Assembly: GCF_001194135.2 (NCBI RefSeq)
Contig: NC_068985.1
Location: 94,701,647-94,765,646, forward strand
Reading direction: 5' to 3'
Origin: Octopus bimaculoides
Taxonomy: Eukaryota
DNA length: 64,000 nt
Positions 60,981-64,000 of the stretch are shown here, piece by piece (within the stretch, counting starts at the first letter, position 1; every line of letters starts with the position of its first letter). The position numbers and the translations under genes are program-made. The notes beneath the pieces were generated by a model. That model was not told the origin of the DNA and did no database searches. It saw only the letters and a program-made list of their open reading frames with translations.

Positions 60981-61645
60981 ATGTATAGAAAACACGTTAG
61001 ACAGCCTGTTCAATACATAACTAATCAAATAACAATGCATATCTTTTAAATATTAATTTGCAAAAATCAATTAAATGTCACATACGGATATTAAACTGTA
61101 TCGGCAATTCAAATGCTGTTTGCTTTCATTTTATCGCTCATGTTTGTTTGTTATCATTAGAAGCAAAATTTAGTTTCGAAGATTAAAACAATGGGAAAAT
61201 ATGAACAGAAAATATCTGCGTAATTCTCGGAGTTAAAACGAAATGAAAGGCGGTAATACTACGCTAATATACTCTCTTTTTTTCTATCCACTCTTCTCTC
61301 TTCCTTATTAGCACCATTTCTATGAACATGTACCGATCTATTTATACATATTTAACCTTAATCCACCATTGTATGAGGTGTTATTTATAGGTAAGTGTAT
61401 TTTTGTGTTATCAGAGCAAGCGATATTTCCTTGCGAATTTGGTTTAACTAAATGTAAAATTTTAACATTACTGTTTCATTTGATAAAAAAATATTTCTTC
61501 TTTATTCGATATAGGAAGATAATTGTGCCATCGTTTCGAACTTATATATGATGGAAGAATTTGATAAATTGAAGTAGAAACAATCCGATGTGTTGACTGT
61601 GTTCAAGAGTTGTGGAAGAATAGGAATAAAAACGAAGTTGATTTA

Positions 61646-61861
61646 GTCTTTTCTACTCGAGGCACAAGGCCTGACATTTTGGGGGAGAGGGCCAGTCGAT
61701 TAGATCGACCCCAGTACGCAACTGGTACTTAATTTATCGACCTCGAAAGAATGAAAGGCAAAGTTGACCGCGGCGGAATATGAACTCAGAACGTAAAAAC
61801 GGGCGAAATGCCGCTAAGCATTTTGTCCGGCGTGCTGACGATTCTACCAGCTCGCCGCCTT
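61646..61861 (-). mobile_element. SINE family B, full length with 15-bp TSD
   Basis: TSD aacgaagttgattta at 61631-61645 and 61862-61876; A box tggtagaatcg, B-box-like gagttcatattcc on the minus strand. Confidence 0.92.
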
Positions 61862-62261
61862 AACGAAGTTGATTTAATAAATGAGTGGACAAGATGTGAA
61901 ATATTAATATTCGACGTAAAATTGTTCAAAATAAAATTAGAGATGGTTGAATGGACACGAGTACAGATTTGTTGATAGGAAAACCACTAATGACATTTCG
62001 TGTCTGTCGTAAAAATATTTCAGTCGCGTTAGTTCATTCATTTGAAATGACTGTGCTAGTCCTTTAACTGTTCTGCGTAAACAGCTGTGCGTACGAGGGT
62101 TTTCTAATAGTTAATAATCTTATAGCTATCGAAGCTCATGCTACCGAAATGGAGAATTTGGCGAGGAAAGTCTCGCTCTATGTTTGAAAAGAAATTAAAA
62201 ATTGTCACCGTCTTAAGTGTTCAGATTTTGTTAAAACCACCATCAGTGCTTCAATGTTACA

Positions 62262-62453
62262 CTTTTACTCTGTTACTTGTTTCAGTCATTTGACTGAGGA
62301 CATGCTTGAGCACCGCCTTTAGTCGAACAAATCAACCTTATTCTTTGTAAGCCTAGTACTTATTCTATCGGTCTCTTTTGCTGAACCGCTAAGTTACAGA
62401 AACGTAAACACACCATCATCGGTTGTCAAGCGATGCTGGCGGGGACAAACACA

Positions 62454-62494
<41 letters not shown>

Positions 62495-62718
62495 ANNNNN
62501 NNNNNNNNNNNNNNNNNNNNNNNNNNATATATATATATATATATATATATATACGACGGGCTTCTTTCAGTTTCCGTCTACCAAATCCACTCACAAGGCT
62601 TTGGTCGGCCCGAGGCTATAGTAGAAGACACTTGCCCAAGGTGCCCTACAGTTCGACTGAACACAGAACCATGTGGTTGGCAAGCAAGCTACTTACCACA
62701 CAGCCACTCCTGCGCCTA
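62262..62718 (-). mobile_element. SINE family A, full length with internal (CA)n/gap/(TA)n
   Basis: Homologous end to end with 6933-7304. Confidence 0.9.
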
Positions 62719-63493
62719 TTGTTAGAAATAATAAAACACTGAAAGGTAAGGAAATATAGACAAAACTACACATGATGCTGCTAGAATTAGTTAATAAGAG
62801 TAGTGAAAGTAAATGAAATACTATACAATCATATGCGTTTCTGCGTGCGTATGTATGCGTGTTAATATATGCGTGTGTGTTTGTGTGTAATTTAGTAATT
62901 GTTGTGACAATGAAACTATCTCATACACGCAAACAAAATGTATAAACAGTAACTAGAAAAAAAAATTGATTACATTGTAATGATAATTAGAAATTCCTGT
63001 CAAATGAGGGTCAGTGGTAAATAAAGATAAAATAGAAATGAAAATCAATTCTAAGAGAAAACATAGGCATTACAAAAAAAAAAAAAATCAGTGTACAAAT
63101 ACATCAAGAAAGCAAGAAAATATAATGCAAAGCAAACGATTTCATTACGAATGAAAATGAATTTACGATATCTTGAAAACAACACCGCTATGCAGTTTAT
63201 AATGCTTTTGTTTTGTTTCTGAACAAAAAGAAACATCAAACTATGTTGATTAAATTTAAAGAACTAAAAGAAAACCAATTCTTTTGTTACTAACTCGAAC
63301 ACCATAGATTAGCTTCATGCAAAGCACTGACTAATTTGAATGGTAAGAATACAGACACAAATAGTCAACTGGCGAATGGTTTAATGCTTATTTCGTACAT
63401 ATGTGCATATGGTTATGGGCGTATGATAATTTCCCGTTTCTCAAATTATTTGAAATCTTCATCTGTGAAATGAGTTGTTTCCTAACAAAGACA

Positions 63494-63625
63494 AAATTCC
63501 GCCGAGGTCGACTTTTCCTTTCATCTTTTCGGAGTCGATAAATGAATTACCAGTTACGGACTGGTGTCGATCTAATCGACTGGCCCCTCCCCCAAAATTT
63601 CAAACTTTGTGCCTAGAGTAGGAGA
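63494..63625 (+). mobile_element. SINE family B, 5'-truncated
   Basis: aaattccgccgaggtcgacttttcctttcatcttttcggagtcgataaa...gatctaatcgactggcccctccccc. Confidence 0.8.
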
Positions 63626-63925
63626 AAAAAACTATTGTAATAGACAGTGAAGGTGCACGGCCTAATATTCAGGGTGCTGGAAAGTACAAAGATATGGAAG
63701 ACCTAACCGTGGTATATACGTCAAACAAATTGAAGGATCGGAGTTCTTCAGACAGAGTCAACGCTTTACCCACACAAACATTGAAAACGAATCGATATAT
63801 TCAGAACATTCACTCTCCATGAATATATTTAGAACATATCCAACTACTACTGCTACAAACACAAGAATTTTGGGTTACTTGATTCCACGGACAGTATACT
63901 ACTAGGTCATAACATTCCCCTCGCT

Positions 63926-64000
63926 TTCCTTTCTTCTTCTTCTTCTTCTTCTTCTTCTTCTTCTTCTTCTTCTTCTTCTTCTTCTTCTTCTTCTTCTTCT
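63926..64000. repeat. (TTC)n microsatellite running off the window
   Basis: Direct reading. Confidence 0.95.

Overview
AT-rich, gap-containing eukaryotic genomic DNA packed with (TA)n, (CA)n, (TAA)n, (TTC)n and (CTAT)n microsatellites. The interspersed tRNA-derived SINE families resemble, from recall only, those of Octopus, so a cephalopod origin is an inference. I found no confidently identifiable host protein-coding gene; most ORFs in the supplied track are microsatellite, gap or antisense artefacts. The window is largely decayed transposon sequence: a Ty3/Gypsy RT-RNaseH relic, an L1/Tx1 endonuclease-RT fragment, three R4/Dong-type 3' ends next to (TAA)n, RTE-like relics, a mariner transposase relic, four TA-flanked MITEs, Penelope-like relics and three abundant SINE families (called A, B, C here). 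The most notable signal is a set of seven minimal type I hammerhead-ribozyme (HHR)-like motifs in five unrelated sequence contexts. One family ('E') has a monomer of about 355 bp, occurs head-to-tail at 52.8-53.8 kb and again at 15.65-15.96 kb and 1-175, and carries an unmutated CUGANGA/GAAA/GUC core, which is retrozyme-like architecture. Another HHR sits behind a tRNA-like Pol III head (51.15-51.40 kb). A near-perfect 103-bp inverted repeat, a nest of (TAA)n-associated elements and a candidate minus-strand promoter/first exon near 14 kb are also present. All alignments, folds and translations were done by eye, none computed.
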